Shown here in pieces: positions 28,736 through 45,019 of a stretch of DNA of 64,000 nt (positions are counted from its first letter, which is position 1; every line of letters starts with the position of its first letter). Below the pieces are notes generated by a model. The model was not told the origin of the DNA, made no database searches, and saw only the letters and a list, made by a program, of their open reading frames with translations. Source of the stretch: Octopus vulgaris (lineage: Eukaryota); the NCBI GenBank assembly GCA_951406725.2, contig OX597840.1, positions 19,468,001 through 19,532,000 of the forward strand. Reading direction: 5' to 3'. A program made the translations under genes and the position numbers.

Positions 28736-28808
28736 TTTTATATATATATATGTATGTATGTATGTATGTATATATATATATATACATATGCATATATATA
28801 TATATATA

Positions 28809-28901
<93 letters not shown>

Positions 28902-28916
28902 GTATACATATATATG

Positions 28917-29440
<524 letters not shown>

Positions 29441-29478
29441 AATATTTATACGTGTGTGAATATATATGCGATTACAAG

Positions 29479-29509
<31 letters not shown>

Positions 29510-29731
29510 ATCTACGAATGTATATGTGTGTATATAAATTTTGTCACGTATCATGTATGTGTGTGTATTCGTTGTGTTGTTATTGTCACCTTCACCTTGG
29601 AAGTGCACAGCAGCGCCCCCTAGCCTTGTTTACAATATTTAACACATGTTGGTGTTTGTATATACGACGAAGGAGGCGTGTATGCCATTGTATATGGTTT
29701 CCCCGATGCATATGCATGCGTATGTGTATAT

Positions 29732-29793
<62 letters not shown>

Positions 29794-29930
29794 CCTTATG
29801 CGAGTGCGAATATATATGTATATTTTTGCACTTCACACAATGTGTGCGTATATATATATCTATATCTATATATGTATCTCCCTCTCTCTCTATATATATG
29901 TATATATATGTATATATATATATGTATATA

Positions 29931-30013
<83 letters not shown>

Positions 30014-30052
30014 TATATATATGTATATATGTTTATATGTATGTATATGTAT

Positions 30053-30124
<72 letters not shown>

Positions 30125-30200
30125 GTATATATATGTATATATATATATATATATATATAGATATATATATGTATATATGTTTATATGTATGTATATGTAT

Positions 30201-30316
<116 letters not shown>

Positions 30317-30349
30317 TATGTATATATGTTTATATGTATGTATATGTAT

Positions 30350-30405
<56 letters not shown>

Positions 30406-30781
30406 GTGTATGTGTGTGTGTGTGGGTGTGTGTGCGTGTGTGTGTTTTACTCACGCATGCATATATAAATATATATTCGACACACGGACACACGGACACA
30501 CAAACACACATACCCCACACACGTACACGCACACAGAGTGTACAATAGGTATATGTTCTACATTCAATTCGCAAATACGGTTAGATACGACGGATATAAT
30601 AGAGTGAGTTGAAAACCATCGTTTAACAGATTATCCGGACAATTTGTAAGCAAAACCTCTCTCCTGGGATTTTGAAATTTTAAAACAGCAAAGAAGAAAG
30701 ATAATTCAAACATGACGCCTGACCTATTAGGTGGAAAATGGAGAAATGCAGATGAGAGTGGAATTGCTACTTATATATACA

Positions 30782-31260
<479 letters not shown>

Positions 31261-31319
31261 AAATAAGGAAATTCTCAACACACACACATATACATACACA
31301 CATACATACACACACACCC

Positions 31320-31356
<37 letters not shown>

Positions 31357-31628
31357 TATACATACATATATCTACATATATATATCCATATATATATATA
31401 TATATACACACATACATATACATACATACACATATACATGCATATACATATACACACACACATGTATATATACACACACGACCACACATACACATACACA
31501 CAAAAAAATATATACATACACACACATACAGATACTCACATACACACACATATCCACATACACACATGCACACACAACACACAAGTCCCTATATACTCAT
31601 ATATACATATACACATATATGTATGCAT

Positions 31629-31695
<67 letters not shown>

Positions 31696-31878
31696 CATAT
31701 GTGTACCCATTGATACACATATATGTATGTATACACACACACACACATACATATATATACACATACATACATACATATGTGTACCTATTCATACCTACAC
31801 ATACACACATATATACATACAATTACAAACCCATTCCCTAATTTTAATTTTATTATCTTCATTTATTACTTTTGTTAT

Positions 31879-31951
<73 letters not shown>

Positions 31952-31957
31952 TATATA

Positions 31958-32109
31958 GGCGCAGGCGTGGCTGTGTTGTATGACGCTTGCTTCCCAACCA
32001 TATGATTCTGGGTTCGGCCCTACTGCATGGCAAATTGGGCAAAAGTCTTCTATAGCCTCGGGGCGGCCAAAGCCTTGTTAGTGGATTTGGTAGACGGAAA
32101 GAAGCCCGT

Positions 32110-32112
<3 letters not shown>
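31958..32112 (+). mobile_element. SINE family 1 head only
   Basis: ggcgcaggcgtggctgtgttgta...ggttcggccc...gaagcccgtc, then TA. Confidence 0.75.
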
Positions 32113-32159
<47 letters not shown>

Positions 32160-32161
<2 letters not shown>

Positions 32162-32354
32162 AGTAATTGAATGAATTATCTTATTAAGGATAATTCGAAA
32201 GATAACCGATACCTGGGTAGCAAATTCACATCAGAAAGAACACGGTTGAAGCTACGTCCATAGGGCATAGACTACGTGCCTTCGTGCGGAAATTTGTATG
32301 TTTATTTTAAATAAAGGATATTTGTTAACTAGTCGTTCAACTCCATTCTTTCAT

Positions 32355-32355
<1 letters not shown>
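32160..32355. mobile_element. Family E rearranged copy: tail on minus + inverted arm on plus
   Basis: 32160-32300 is the reverse-complement homolog of 53765-53912; 32310-32355 matches the arm aaagga.tttgttaa..cgttcaactccatt...tcatat. Confidence 0.65.
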
Positions 32356-32420
<65 letters not shown>

Positions 32421-32426
<6 letters not shown>

Positions 32427-32618
32427 TATATAGAAGGAGCTTCTACAGGACTAGTACTGTTTCATTCAAGAGAAATCTTCAGGAAGCTTCCTGAAGATTT
32501 CTCTTGAATGAAACAGTACTAGTCCTGTAGAAGCTCCTTCTATATAATAAATTAATTTTACTCTGCTATGTATTGAGTACCTTACTTACTGTGGTTAACC
32601 CCGAATCAACCCGGGACC

Positions 32619-32622
<4 letters not shown>
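32421..32622. mobile_element. Family C fold-back element: perfect 132-bp palindrome (32421-32552) plus 70-bp tail
   Basis: Centre gaag|cttc at 32486/32487. CTGAAGA(32491)...GAAA-CAG-TA on both strands; (TA)n on both sides. Confidence 0.85.
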
Positions 32623-32714
<92 letters not shown>

Positions 32715-32924
32715 TGTATGTATGTATGTATGTATGTATGTATGTGTTAGTGTGTGTGTGTGCGTGGGTGCCTGTATGTGTATAAATACATATCTATGTA
32801 TATGTATATAACAACGAGTGGAACATGTGGTACAATTATTTTTAATTCAGTGTCACACGTATTTCATTATTATATGGGAAGTATATTTTGGGAATATTGA
32901 TATTAAAAGTAATATTATGACCAA

Positions 32925-33140
32925 GGCGACGAGCTACCACAATCATTTTGACGACGGACAAAATGTTTATCGGCATTTCATCCGTTTTTATGTTCTGAGT
33001 TCAAATTTCTCCAGGGTCGGCATTGCCTTTCATCCTTTCGGGGTCGATAAAATAACTATCTGATGCACACAAGGGTTGATGTAATCGATTTAATTCCTTC
33101 GCTGAAACTGCTGGCTTTGTGCCGAAATTTGAAACCGACA
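32925..33140 (+). mobile_element. SINE family 2, old diverged copy
   Basis: ttctgagttcaaatt...gcctttcatcctttcggggtcgataaa. Confidence 0.65.
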
Positions 33141-33635
33141 TGATATAAAAAGAAGACCAGAGATTTTGTATATATGCAGGCATGCGAACAAATTCCTCCT
33201 AAAAAACTTCGACTGCATTCTGCCATCATCACCTGTTCAGCATTTTGACGAGGGACAAGTATTCTTTTCTATGCAGTATTCCATTAAATTCTTGAGTGCA
33301 AGCGGCTTTCGGATACTAGTATCTTGTAGAAAGTGACAAACAACCCGAAAAGTGTTTCATTGGCACTACGCATCATCGTTACCCAGTAAAAGATGCTCTT
33401 TGTTTCATCATATGATCGAAGCCGATGAATGGAAAGCGAATATTTCGAAAAACACCTTCTTCTCTGTTTTACGTACAGCGAAACCAAGAAAATTTTAAAA
33501 ATCATTTGGTTATTTCGTTAATGGATCATACGTTAAGAAAAAGTCTAAGATGTGAAGCAAATTCATTTTCGATTGAAGGGTACCTACGACTGAATGCATA
33601 AAATCTATCGATCTATCAGCATGTCTGTCTGTATG

Positions 33636-33702
<67 letters not shown>

Positions 33703-33715
33703 GTCTATCTATCTA

Positions 33716-33752
<37 letters not shown>

Positions 33753-33781
33753 GTCTGTCTATCTATCTATCTATCTATCTA

Positions 33782-33824
<43 letters not shown>

Positions 33825-33844
33825 GTCTCTGTCTGTCTATCTAT

Positions 33845-33910
<66 letters not shown>

Positions 33911-33960
33911 GTCTGTCTGTCTGTCTGTCTATCTGTCTATCTATATATCTAAAGATATAC

Positions 33961-33997
<37 letters not shown>

Positions 33998-34016
33998 TAA
34001 ATATATATATGTGTGG

Positions 34017-34063
<47 letters not shown>

Positions 34064-34562
34064 GGTGCATATATACATACATATATATGTATATATACGT
34101 ATATACATATATACATGTTTATTTACATATGTTTATAAATACAAAAATATATATACATTTGTATAATCACACATGCATATATGTATGTGTGTGTACGTAT
34201 ATAGTTGTATTCACATACACACACACATACATACAAACACACACACATACATACACGTCTGCTTATAAGTCTGTGTGTGTGTGTGTCTGTCTGTCTGGTG
34301 TCCGTAGCAATGTTTATGCCTCCAATTCAATGTTTACGTTGGTATCTCGAGGGCATTTTAGTCTCTCACAATTGGCAGTGCCAGGGGCAAATAATCTGTG
34401 TCGGGACTTTGCATGGCCGACATTTTATGTCAGCTGATGAGATGTGTGTATGTGTGTGTATGTACGTCCTACTTATGTCTGTGTATATATATATTCATAT
34501 ATATATGAGAATGTGTGTATATGTTTACATGTATGGGTTATTTCATGGGTGCATATATACAT

Positions 34563-34675
<113 letters not shown>

Positions 34676-35353
34676 TAAGTGCATTTATACGTATGCATGC
34701 AAGCACGTAGGCATATAAATATGTGTTTGTATGTATAGTTACATGTATGTACACAAACATATACAGAGTGTATATATATATGTATCTATGTCTCTACAAC
34801 TGTGCATGTATGTATAGATATATATATATATATATATATATCAATGTATCTATGTACGAACCTACATGCATTCATATATACATACATACATATGTATGTA
34901 TATATTTGTGCATGTATATACACATGTATATATATATGTAAGTATGCATCAAAAATGTATGTGTGTATGCATGTATACATACATTATATATATGTATATA
35001 TATATGTATATGTGTGTGTATATGCACGCACCATTTTGTATGTATATGTGCCTGCGTATACATATGTATATTTTTTAGATCTAAGGGGCCCTGTTACCCT
35101 GTGATTCCGCCCATTCTCTATCAAAGGCACAAAAGCTGTTTTGTTGAAGTCGGTTCCACGTCTCTGTGAGCGAGGGAGAGGGAGAGGGAGAGAGGGAGAG
35201 TCTGATCCTTTCTGCAGATGGATGTACAGATATACTCGCTCTCATAGAAAGGGTGTATAAGAGCCTGCATGCAACTATGTATGTATACGTGTAGGTAAGT
35301 ATGCATGAGTGTATGTATATATGTATGTGTATGTATGTATGTATATATATATA

Positions 35354-35762
35354 CTCTTTTACTCTTTTACTCTTTTACTTGTTTCAGTCACTTGACTGCG
35401 GCCATGCTGGAGCACCGCCTTTAGTCGAGCAAATCGACCCCGGGACTTATTCTTTGTAAGCCCAGTACTTATTCTATCGTTCTCTTTCGCCGAACCGCTA
35501 GGTGACGGGGACGTAAACACACCAGCATCGGTTGTCAAGCAATGCTAGAGGGACAAACACAGACACACAAACACACATATATATATATACATATATACGA
35601 CAGGCTTCTTTCAGTTTCCGTCTACCAAATCCACTCACAAGGCATTGGTCGGCCCGGGGCTATAGCAGAAGACACTTGCCCAAGATGCCACGTAGTGGGA
35701 CTGAACCCGGAACCATGTGGTTGGTTAGCAAGCTACTTACCACACAGCTACTCCTGCGCCTA
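35354..35762 (-). mobile_element. SINE family 1, full length
   Basis: Consensus match, (ACTCTTTT)n tail. Confidence 0.9.
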
Positions 35763-35882
35763 CATATATGTATGTATGTATGTGAGTGTGCGTGCGTATG
35801 TGTATGTATCTGTTTGTAAGTATGCATATGCGTATGTATGTTTGTATGTATGCATGTGTATTTATGCAAATATTTATGCATG

Positions 35883-35960
<78 letters not shown>

Positions 35961-36232
35961 CCGGAGTAAACACATAAATGTGAAACAAGGTGGAAAAAGA
36001 GTACTCAAAAACCAGTGGTAGAGTAATATGCTTTATTTAAAGCATCAGAAAATTCAACAAAACCTGTTGCTCTGAGTTTCACGTTGCCGTTCGTCAGACA
36101 GTTTTTGCTAGAATGGAACCGATATGTCAATTCTATCCAGATCGGTTCCATTCTAGCAAAAACTGTCCGATGAACGGCAACGGGAAACTCAGAGTAACAG
36201 GTTTTGTTGAATTTTCTGCTGCTTTAAATAAA

Positions 36233-36233
<1 letters not shown>
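35961..36233. mobile_element. Family F fold-back element: 93-bp arms (36031-36123/36141-36233), hammerheads at 36064-36101(-) and 36163-36200(+), 70-bp tail
   Basis: Arm consensus ctgt-CTGAYGA-acg gcaa cgt-GAAA-CTCAGAG-TA-acag. About 5 mismatches between arms. Confidence 0.85.
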
Positions 36234-36281
<48 letters not shown>

Positions 36282-36639
36282 ATCCAAACAAGAAAACAAA
36301 AAGACAACAACGCAAGGATGTGGAACAAATAAAGTATTATTGGACGCTCAGGAAAGAAGGGAAGAAGGAGGGTTTATATGTATATGTATATAGTATCTCT
36401 ATCCGTCTATCTATCTATCGATCTATCTATCTGTATGTACGTATGTATATATACGACGAACTTCTTTCAGTTTCTGTCTACCAAATCTCCTCACAAGACT
36501 AGTCGCTCCGAGACTGTACTTGTAAACATTTCCCCAAGGTGCCACGCAGTAGAACGGAGAACGAACTGACACGGACAGCTGCTGGGTCAAGAAGACAACA
36601 GTTAAACAATGACCAGCGACAACAACACCAACGCCAGCA

Positions 36640-37710
36640 CCCACCAACTACGCTTTGGCTGCTGTTACAGTCCATACCAACGCCATTAACATTCAAACTT
36701 CTCGAAGTTTTGTCGTTTGTAGTAACGACATTACAGTTTTTGTTTACGAAAAGAATAAATATTTTGTGTCTCATAAATCTCAAGAGTGTTCTTCCTACAA
36801 GATGTGACCTCGACCAGATGTGAAAACGCAAGATGTCAGTGTTTTCTTCGTACATATCCCTATTTCTTTACTGCCCACAATGGGCTTATTTAATGGACCC
36901 CGAAAGGATAAAAGGCAAAGTCGATCTCGACGGAATTTGAACTCAGAGGCATACGAAATACCTATTTCTTTACTACCCACAAGGGGCTAAACACAGGGGG
37001 GACAAACAAGGACAGACAAACGGATTAAGTCGATTATATCGACCCCAGTGCGTAACTGGTACTTAATTTATCGACCCCGAAAGGATGAAAGGCAAAGTCG
37101 ACCTCGGCGGAATTTGAACTCAGAACTTAAAAACGGACGAAATACCTATTTCTTTACTACCTACAAGGGGCTAAAACAGAGAGGACAAACAAACGGATTA
37201 AGTCGATTACATCGACCCCAGTGCGTATATGGTATTTATTTAATCGACACCGAAAGGATGAAAGGCAAAGTCGACCTCGGCGGAATTTGAACTCAGAATT
37301 TAAAGACGGACGAAATACCGCTAAGCATTTCGCCCAGTGTGCTAACGATTCTGCCAGATCGCCGCCTTAAATTCTTCTGCGAGCTTTCCGCCTTAAATAT
37401 GTTCTTCGTACATATCCCATGTTTATATGCTTTGTCCAATTCTTTAATAGATTTTTCCCACTTTGTCAAAGGCTTTGGGCATTAGAGTCGTGTCATCAGC
37501 ATCTTTAACGTTGAGGGATAGGGCAGTGACGAATGCCAGTCATTTTTGTCTAAGATATTTTTTCGAGTGCCATATTCCAGGATGATGTTGAAGAGGATGG
37601 GTGATAGCGTGCAACTTTGGCTCACATTCACGTGTGCTTCAAGGACGTCCACCACCTGGCTCTTCAATGACTAAGGCACACATGGAATTGTTGTGTAGCG
37701 GCTCTATAAT
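36640..37710 (-). pseudogene. Decayed RTE-like LINE reverse-transcriptase fragment, interrupted by SINE family 2
   Basis: Minus: VSQSCTLSPILFNIILE (QG..LSP.LFN motif), DADDTTL (YADD), then SLLQTTKLR on the other side of the SINE. Confidence 0.65.
36861..37401 (-). mobile_element. SINE family 2 with ~2.5 tandem body units, 17-bp TSD ttcttcgtacatatccc
   Basis: TSD at 36844-36860 and 37402-37418. Confidence 0.85.
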
Positions 37711-37882
37711 AATTCATTGTTATCGCCATATTAATATGGCAGTCTTATAGATATAAGACTAAAGCTATCGCTGACTAGCTCCTTGAGGCCATCGCCTTAA
37801 GCTAGCTATTTGACACACAAACTGTGTCCATTATAACCTTCGAACAAGGGAGGTCAGCCGCTTCACACTGCCTGTCAGACAG

Positions 37883-37923
37883 CTACAGACGCGTTTCAGG
37901 GTATTTGCCCTTTATCAATGTAG
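37883..37923 (-). ncRNA. Minimal type I hammerhead with U3-A8 core variant (element ~37752-37980)
   Basis: Minus: ctaca-TTGATAA-aggg caaata ccct-GAAA-CGCG-TC^tgtag. Perfect helices I and II, palindromic ACGCGT. Confidence 0.75.
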
Positions 37924-38307
37924 CGTAGTCAGACCCAGCAGGTGTCGCTACTGATCGTCTCTGTTCGAAGGTTTTATTTACCTAGTTTCGGTGGAATACA
38001 TCCACTTGTTTTCAATAATAGAAATATTAAAATTACTAAGGCTCTATAATACTTTGTAATTTAACTGGATCTCCGTCGGTGACGACGACTTCGAGGGTCC
38101 CAGTTGATCCGACCAACCGAAAAGCCTTCTCGTGCAAGTGGCTGAGCACTCCACAGACGTGCATACCCTTAATGATGAAGGGGAATATTATTTATGTTGA
38201 ATGTCTCGTTTCTCTGTTTGTTTTTTTCGTTGTTCGAAAAAAAACCTTTTTTTTTTAATGTCTTGTACCCATATATGCATTATGCATGTATATATACACA
38301 TATATAT

Positions 38308-38600
38308 GTGTGGAGGTAGATGGCCTAGTGGTTAGAGCAGCGGACTTGCGGTTTAGGGATCGAGGGTTCGAATCTCAGACGGGGCGATGTGTGTGTTTAT
38401 GAGCGAAAACACCTAAGCTCCACGCGGCTCCGAAATTCTGCTGACTCTTTTGCCACAACTTTCTCTCACTCTTTCCTCCTCCTGCATCTTGCAGCTCACC
38501 TGCGACGGACCGGCGTCCCGTCCAGGTGGGGAACCTATACGCCAAGGAAACCGGGAAACCGGCCTTTATGAGCCAGGCGTGGCTCGTGAAGGAACAAACG
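38308..38600 (+). mobile_element. SINE family 3 (head b + tail X)
   Basis: Head ggaggtagatggcctagtggttag...ggttcgaatc; tail gcgacggaccggcgtcccgtccagg...gaaaccgggaaaccgg. Confidence 0.8.
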
Positions 38601-38653
38601 ATATACATATATATGTAGGTATGTACATATATGTATATATGCATATATTTATG

Positions 38654-38768
<115 letters not shown>

Positions 38769-38914
38769 GGACTGAACACGAAAAAGTGGACAGTCAACAT
38801 GCTAGATATAGACGTCAAATCGCCATTCTCCACAAAAAGTTTATGTTCTCAGATCAAACTCAACACAAAACCAAAACAATAAACAAGTGAAAAATATACG
38901 AAATAAATATTTAC

Positions 38915-38980
38915 CCATGTACTAAATTCAGTTTCGGCTGTTATTTTCCGCAAGGAAAAGTGCAGCCATCATCAGCATGG
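38915..38980 (-). ncRNA. Type I hammerhead ribozyme (mirror copy)
   Basis: Exact reverse complement of 39177-39242. Confidence 0.8.
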
Positions 38981-39176
38981 TCCCATATATTTGTTCTCTA
39001 ACCGATAAATTAACTGCTGCTAACTATTAGCTGCAGGCTAGTTTTCTCGGGTCTCATCGCGCCAAAATTAGAGACATTTGAAATATATATTTCAAATGTA
39101 ATAGGCCGTACTCCATGCACGCGATATTTCGGTATCGTGTTGGCATCTAGTCCAGCAAATTGCATTTTATATGGGA

Positions 39177-39242
39177 CCATGCTGATGATGGCTGCACTTT
39201 TCCTTGCGGAAAATAACAGCCGAAACTGAATTTAGTACATGG
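39177..39242 (+). ncRNA. Type I hammerhead ribozyme, canonical core
   Basis: ccatg-CTGATGA-t-ggctg..ttttcc ttgc ggaaaa..cagcc-GAAA-CTGAATTTAG-TA^catgg. Confidence 0.85.
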
Positions 39243-39490
39243 GTAAATATTTATTTCGTATATTTTTCACTTGTTTATTGTTTTGGTTTTGTGTTGAGTT
39301 TGATCTGAGAACATAGACTTTTTGTGGAGAATGGCGATTTGACGTCTATATCTAGCATGTTGACTGTCCACTTTTTCGTGTTCAGTCCTTAATTGGTATA
39401 TATAAATATTTTAATCTTCGGATTCTTTCTTTAATATGCTAGACCACTGGTTCTAATTGATAAATATCAATTTTTACCCTAAATTTAATG

Positions 39491-39558
<68 letters not shown>

Positions 39559-39646
39559 CTTCTTCCCTTCTTTCCTGAGCGTCCAATAATACTTTATTTG
39601 TTCCACATTCTTGCGTTGTTGTCTTTTTGTTTTCTTGTTTGGATTA

Positions 39647-39703
<57 letters not shown>

Positions 39704-39767
39704 TACATACATATATACATACATATATATGTATATATATGTATGTATATATATATACATACATACA

Positions 39768-39972
39768 TTTCAAAATGTGACCGCGTGTGTACCGTTGGCG
39801 ATTTTTTTCCCTGTCTTCCCTTCTCTGGATCTTTCCTTCTCCTATGTTTCCGACGAAGAGCTCCGCTCGAAACGTCAAACCCTCCTTCTTCCCTTCTTTC
39901 CTGAGCGTCCAATAATACTTTATTTGTTCCACATCCTTGCGTTTTTGTCTTTTTGTTTTCTTGTTTGGATTA

Positions 39973-39978
<6 letters not shown>
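39768..39978 (+). mobile_element. Family B mini-element with hammerhead (39846-39880)
   Basis: gttt-CCGACGA-a-gagc tcc gctc-GAAA-CG-TC^aaac. Ends ggattaacttta(TA)n. Confidence 0.75.
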
Positions 39979-40020
<42 letters not shown>

Positions 40021-40071
40021 CCTACATAGTACATGTATACATACATACATACATAAATATATATATATATC

Positions 40072-40260
40072 TAGTTATCATTCTAAAACAAGAATATTTT
40101 TGATAGTGACCTCGAAGTTTTGGCCAGCTAAGCGATCGTCGAACTGTAGCATTTCTGGCCTGAAAACTTCGAAGTCACTATCTACAATACACTTGCTTAA
40201 AGAATAATAAATTTGTACTCTACGAAAGTTCAATGTACTCCTTTAGTTTAATGGAAAAAC
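40072..40260. mobile_element. Old fold-back relic with 3' half of a hammerhead on both arms
   Basis: gatagtgacctcgaagttttggccag(40102-40127) vs ctggcctgaaaacttcgaagtcactatc(40155-40182). Palindromic ACTTCGAAGT followed by C. Confidence 0.55.
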
Positions 40261-40296
40261 TACTTTTTTTTTATTATAACTGAACATGAAAACAAA

Positions 40297-40380
<84 letters not shown>

Positions 40381-40918
40381 CTATACCGAAACACCACGCA
40401 GTTTGCAATTACCTTACACTCCCTATGTACCTCCTCTTGTTTCCTTTCATCATGAAGATGTTGGTGACACACTTCTTATGATAGCAGGTTTGTCGAAATG
40501 TTTTGTGACGTCATCCGTCACGGGATGTTTAGGCATGTATGTATGTATGTATGTATATATGTATGTATATGCTTGTGTCTATGTATGTGTGCATGTGTGT
40601 GCTTATGTGTATTTAAATGTATATATGTGTACGAGTGAATTTATGTATGTATTTACCTGTGTGTATAATGTATGTATGTATGGATAGACTTATCCATGTA
40701 TATCTGTATGCGTATATACATGAATATAGGTGTCTGTTTTTGTATGTATACATGTATGCGTGTATGAATATATACGTATGTATATATGTATGTATGTTGT
40801 ATATCTATGTAGATATAAGTATTTAATGTATGTATTTAGATGTATATTTATATATACATACATAAATACATACATACATACATACATACATACATACATA
40901 CATACATACATACATACA

Positions 40919-40952
<34 letters not shown>

Positions 40953-41133
40953 CATACATACATATATATATATATGTATGTATATATATTGATGTATATT
41001 TAAGTGTGTGTATGTTGAGTCATATGTTATCATAGATATTTATGGTCTACATATACACACACGTGTTTAATTGTACATAATTATGTCTACATGTATATAT
41101 ATGTATATGTTTGTGAATATATTTGTACATCTT

Positions 41134-41165
<32 letters not shown>

Positions 41166-41329
41166 CGTGTATGTGTTTATATATATATATATATATATGC
41201 TTGTGCATAAAATCCTTTCTTTATGTCTGTATTTATGTATCTTTATATATCCATATATATACATATATGTATACATAGTGTGTGTATTTAACACATATAT
41301 ACGTGCATATGTGTGTATGTGTGTGTATA

Positions 41330-41371
<42 letters not shown>

Positions 41372-41465
41372 GCGATATAGGCATGAACACACATCTGGTT
41401 TCGCCGATGATAATATGCATATCTCTCTATATCTCTCTATGTTTGTCCGTCTTATTTTTCAATCT

Positions 41466-41526
<61 letters not shown>

Positions 41527-42061
41527 ATGTAACACATATTCCCATCGTTCATCAGCAACTTACACACGGATGTTCTGTTCCACTGTATCTGATAATTCAA
41601 TTTCCGTGTATTTTATATCTTTATGTCTAATATATGCATTTTTGCCCCCTTTTGTGTGCATACATACGTGTGCGTGTGCATGTGACCGTGCGTGTCAGCG
41701 TATATATATATATATATATGTTATTTGGACAGACAGTCCCTTCATCAGCTGTCGACTGGAGATCATAATTGTTTCGGCACCGTTCGATGGGACCACTCCT
41801 ACAAGCAATGTCAAACAGCTTTGATACTATCAGAGACTGTTCGAACTATATGGGCCCATAGTGCAGCACACCTCTTCCCTCGCCATCCATCTACCCACCA
41901 AAGCAGGCTGGGTACTGCTTTAACGACTCCAACCATATGGCACCAATTTTGTTTTGCTCCTTTCTGAGAATTCATTCTTCGCACTCAGACTCGATCTTTC
42001 TCTCACAGACCTCTATCATATCCACGATAAAACATTTTTTGCTCTCCTCTTCAATTCATAG

Positions 42062-42305
42062 TGAAGGTACGTAGCTTAGTGGTTAGGGTGTTACACTTAC
42101 GATCTTAAGGTCGTGGTTTCGATTCCTAGACTGGATGCTGCTGTGTTCTTGAGCAAAACACTTCATTTGACGTTATTCCATTCCATTCAGCAGCATATGG
42201 TTTCGATATACAGCTGGGAAATTAACCTTTGAACAAACCGGAATCCCATTCAGCATATGGGGGCTGGAGGTTGTATCTCTGTCATTTATATCCGCAACGG
42301 AGACC
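42062..42305 (+). mobile_element. SINE family 3, old copy
   Basis: gtagcttagtggttagggtg...ggtttcgattcc...gagcaaaacacttcattt. Confidence 0.65.
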
Positions 42306-42319
42306 AAGTTCCACCGGGA

Positions 42320-42500
42320 CGCTAATATGAATGGGTCATGTGGGAGACAGGGGTACAAAGGAAGCTCTCTTGGAACATTTTATGGTAAATGGACCCAACC
42401 AGATTGAAATTCATTCAGGAAGCGATCTGTGAAGTATTTCTTATCCCTAGCGAACATTAAAACAATAGGATCGGAACGACATACCTGAATGCCATTGTTG
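42320..42500 (+). pseudogene. Very old HERO-like LINE fragment
   Basis: WVMWETGVQRKLSWNILW*MDPTRLKFI resembles 47636-47760 (WTKWD...KLTWTDL..L.PFHIS). Confidence 0.4.
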
Positions 42501-42669
42501 CAGACGACACGGCTAAACGCCATCAGAGCAGACGACATGGCTGAACGTCGTCGGTGCAGACGACGCGGTTAAAGAACTAAGTTAAGCTCCTGTCTTATGA
42601 CACTTAATGCTTATTACAGTCTCAAGTTTAAGACTCCAGTTCTGGAATCAACGCTTTGCTATCATTCCT

Positions 42670-42850
42670 GCTTTAGTGGGCCAACAGCAAGGATTTCTAG
42701 GACTTAGTTATGCCGCAAGGAATCCTGCCAAGACAATCTCCATCCATCTTGCATCCGGCCAGGACATGCTCCAAAGATGCACAACCTTATACACAGATAA
42801 CACCCAGCCGTGTCACTCCAGCTTCACTCTCTTAATATTTGCTAGATCGC
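42670..42850 (-). pseudogene. Very old HERO-like LINE zinc-knuckle fragment
   Basis: Minus: ASLEHVLAGCK...GR...RHN*VLEILA. Confidence 0.45.
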
Positions 42851-43454
42851 TCCAAGAATGAATCTCAACCCGGCAGGTACCATTTACCACAAACAAGTTT
42901 CGGTTATCTTTTGATAAAATTAGAAAGATAATGAAAGTGTTTGTTCGGCAATTTCCGTAAATTTCTTTTTTATTTCCTTAATTTTCATTTCAGCTTGACT
43001 CGTTTACCTTTATCGAAAGATAGACCCAAGTCCCACGATCGAAGGAAGGACTTAACAGGGAAAGCAAGATTAGAGAACGATGGTGGGACACCTCTACGTG
43101 GGAAGGAGAGCGTCTCGATGTGCTAGAAATGGCGGCTAAAATATCTTAGACTCGCAATCTTACACTCTGAGAAACGGAAACGGCCTGCACAATGCAGTAG
43201 GTGTACGGCAAGACAGGGTGGTCACGTCGTGAACTTGGACAAAGCAGCGACAACAACAGCAGTAACAACAACAACAACAAAACCAAAAATAACAACAACA
43301 ACAACAACAAGAGGTGAATGAACGACTGTCATTAACATGAAAGTGGGAAGCCAAAATGAAAGCGAAGAATTCGGTAAGGAAGCAGCGCTAATTAAATACT
43401 ATATACACGACACCCCGAACCCGCCCCACTCACGCACTCACACACACGCGCACA

Positions 43455-44160
43455 CACATACATACATACATACATACATACATACATACATACATACATA
43501 CATACATACATACATACATACGTACGTACATACATACATAGATACATAGTACATACATACATGCATACATACATACATACACACATTCATACATACATTC
43601 ATACATACATACATACATACATACATTCATACATACATACATACATACATACACACATACACACATACATACATACATACATACATACATACATACATAC
43701 ATACATTCATACATACATACATACATACATTCATACACACACACATACATACATACAAACATACATAGATACATACATACATACATACATACATACATAC
43801 ATACATTCACACACACACATACATACATACATACATACATACATACATACATACATACATACATACATACATACATACATACATTCATACACACACACAT
43901 ACATACATACAAACATACATAGATACATACATACATACATACATTCATACATACATACATACATACATACACACATACACACATACATACATACATACAT
44001 ACATACATACATACATACATACATACATACATACATACATACACACATACATACATACAAACATACATACATACATACATACATACATACATACATACAT
44101 ACATGCACATATACATACATACATAGATGCACATACATACACACACACACATACATACAT

Positions 44161-44191
<31 letters not shown>

Positions 44192-44272
44192 TACATACAT
44201 ACATACATACATACATACATACATGCACACATACATACATACATACATACATACATACATACATACATACAT
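43455..44272. repeat. (CATA)n microsatellite, ~800 bp
   Basis: Direct reading. Confidence 0.95.
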
Positions 44273-44661
44273 GAAAATAAATATACATACACATACAAAT
44301 ACGAGCGTGTACACACGCGTGTACAAACGTATGTGTGTGTACAAATACAAGCATGCTGATACGTAATGTGTGTCTGTGTGTATGTATGTGTGTGTGTGTA
44401 TGTGTGTATGTATGTGTGTGTATATGATTGTATATGTGTATGTGTGTACGCATGAATGTATGCATATATGTGCGTATGTATGAATGTATGTATGTATGTA
44501 TGTATGTATGTATGAATGTATGCATGTATGTGTGTGTATGTATGTGCGTGTGTATGTATGAATGTATGTATGTATGTGTGTGTATGTATGTGCGTGTGTA
44601 TGTATGAATGTATGTATGTATACATAGTTGTGTGTCTTAGTTGGTAATAAGTATACATACA

Positions 44662-44703
<42 letters not shown>

Positions 44704-44784
44704 CACATCCATATATATATATACATGCAAACATACATATATACATGAATATATACATAAAAAGATAGATACATACATACATTC

Positions 44785-44827
<43 letters not shown>

Positions 44828-44906
44828 CATGCATTCATACATAGATGCTTGCATACATACATACACACACATACACACGTGTCTCTACGTCTGTGTTTGA
44901 ACAAGA

Positions 44907-44945
<39 letters not shown>

Positions 44946-44985
44946 TATACACACACACACACGCAGACACACACATACACACGCA

Positions 44986-45019
<34 letters not shown>

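Noticed and set aside
41720-41840. CTGATGA-a-gggac/gtcc on minus (also ctgatga near 48182)
   Set aside because: No GAAA or helix III in the correct position.
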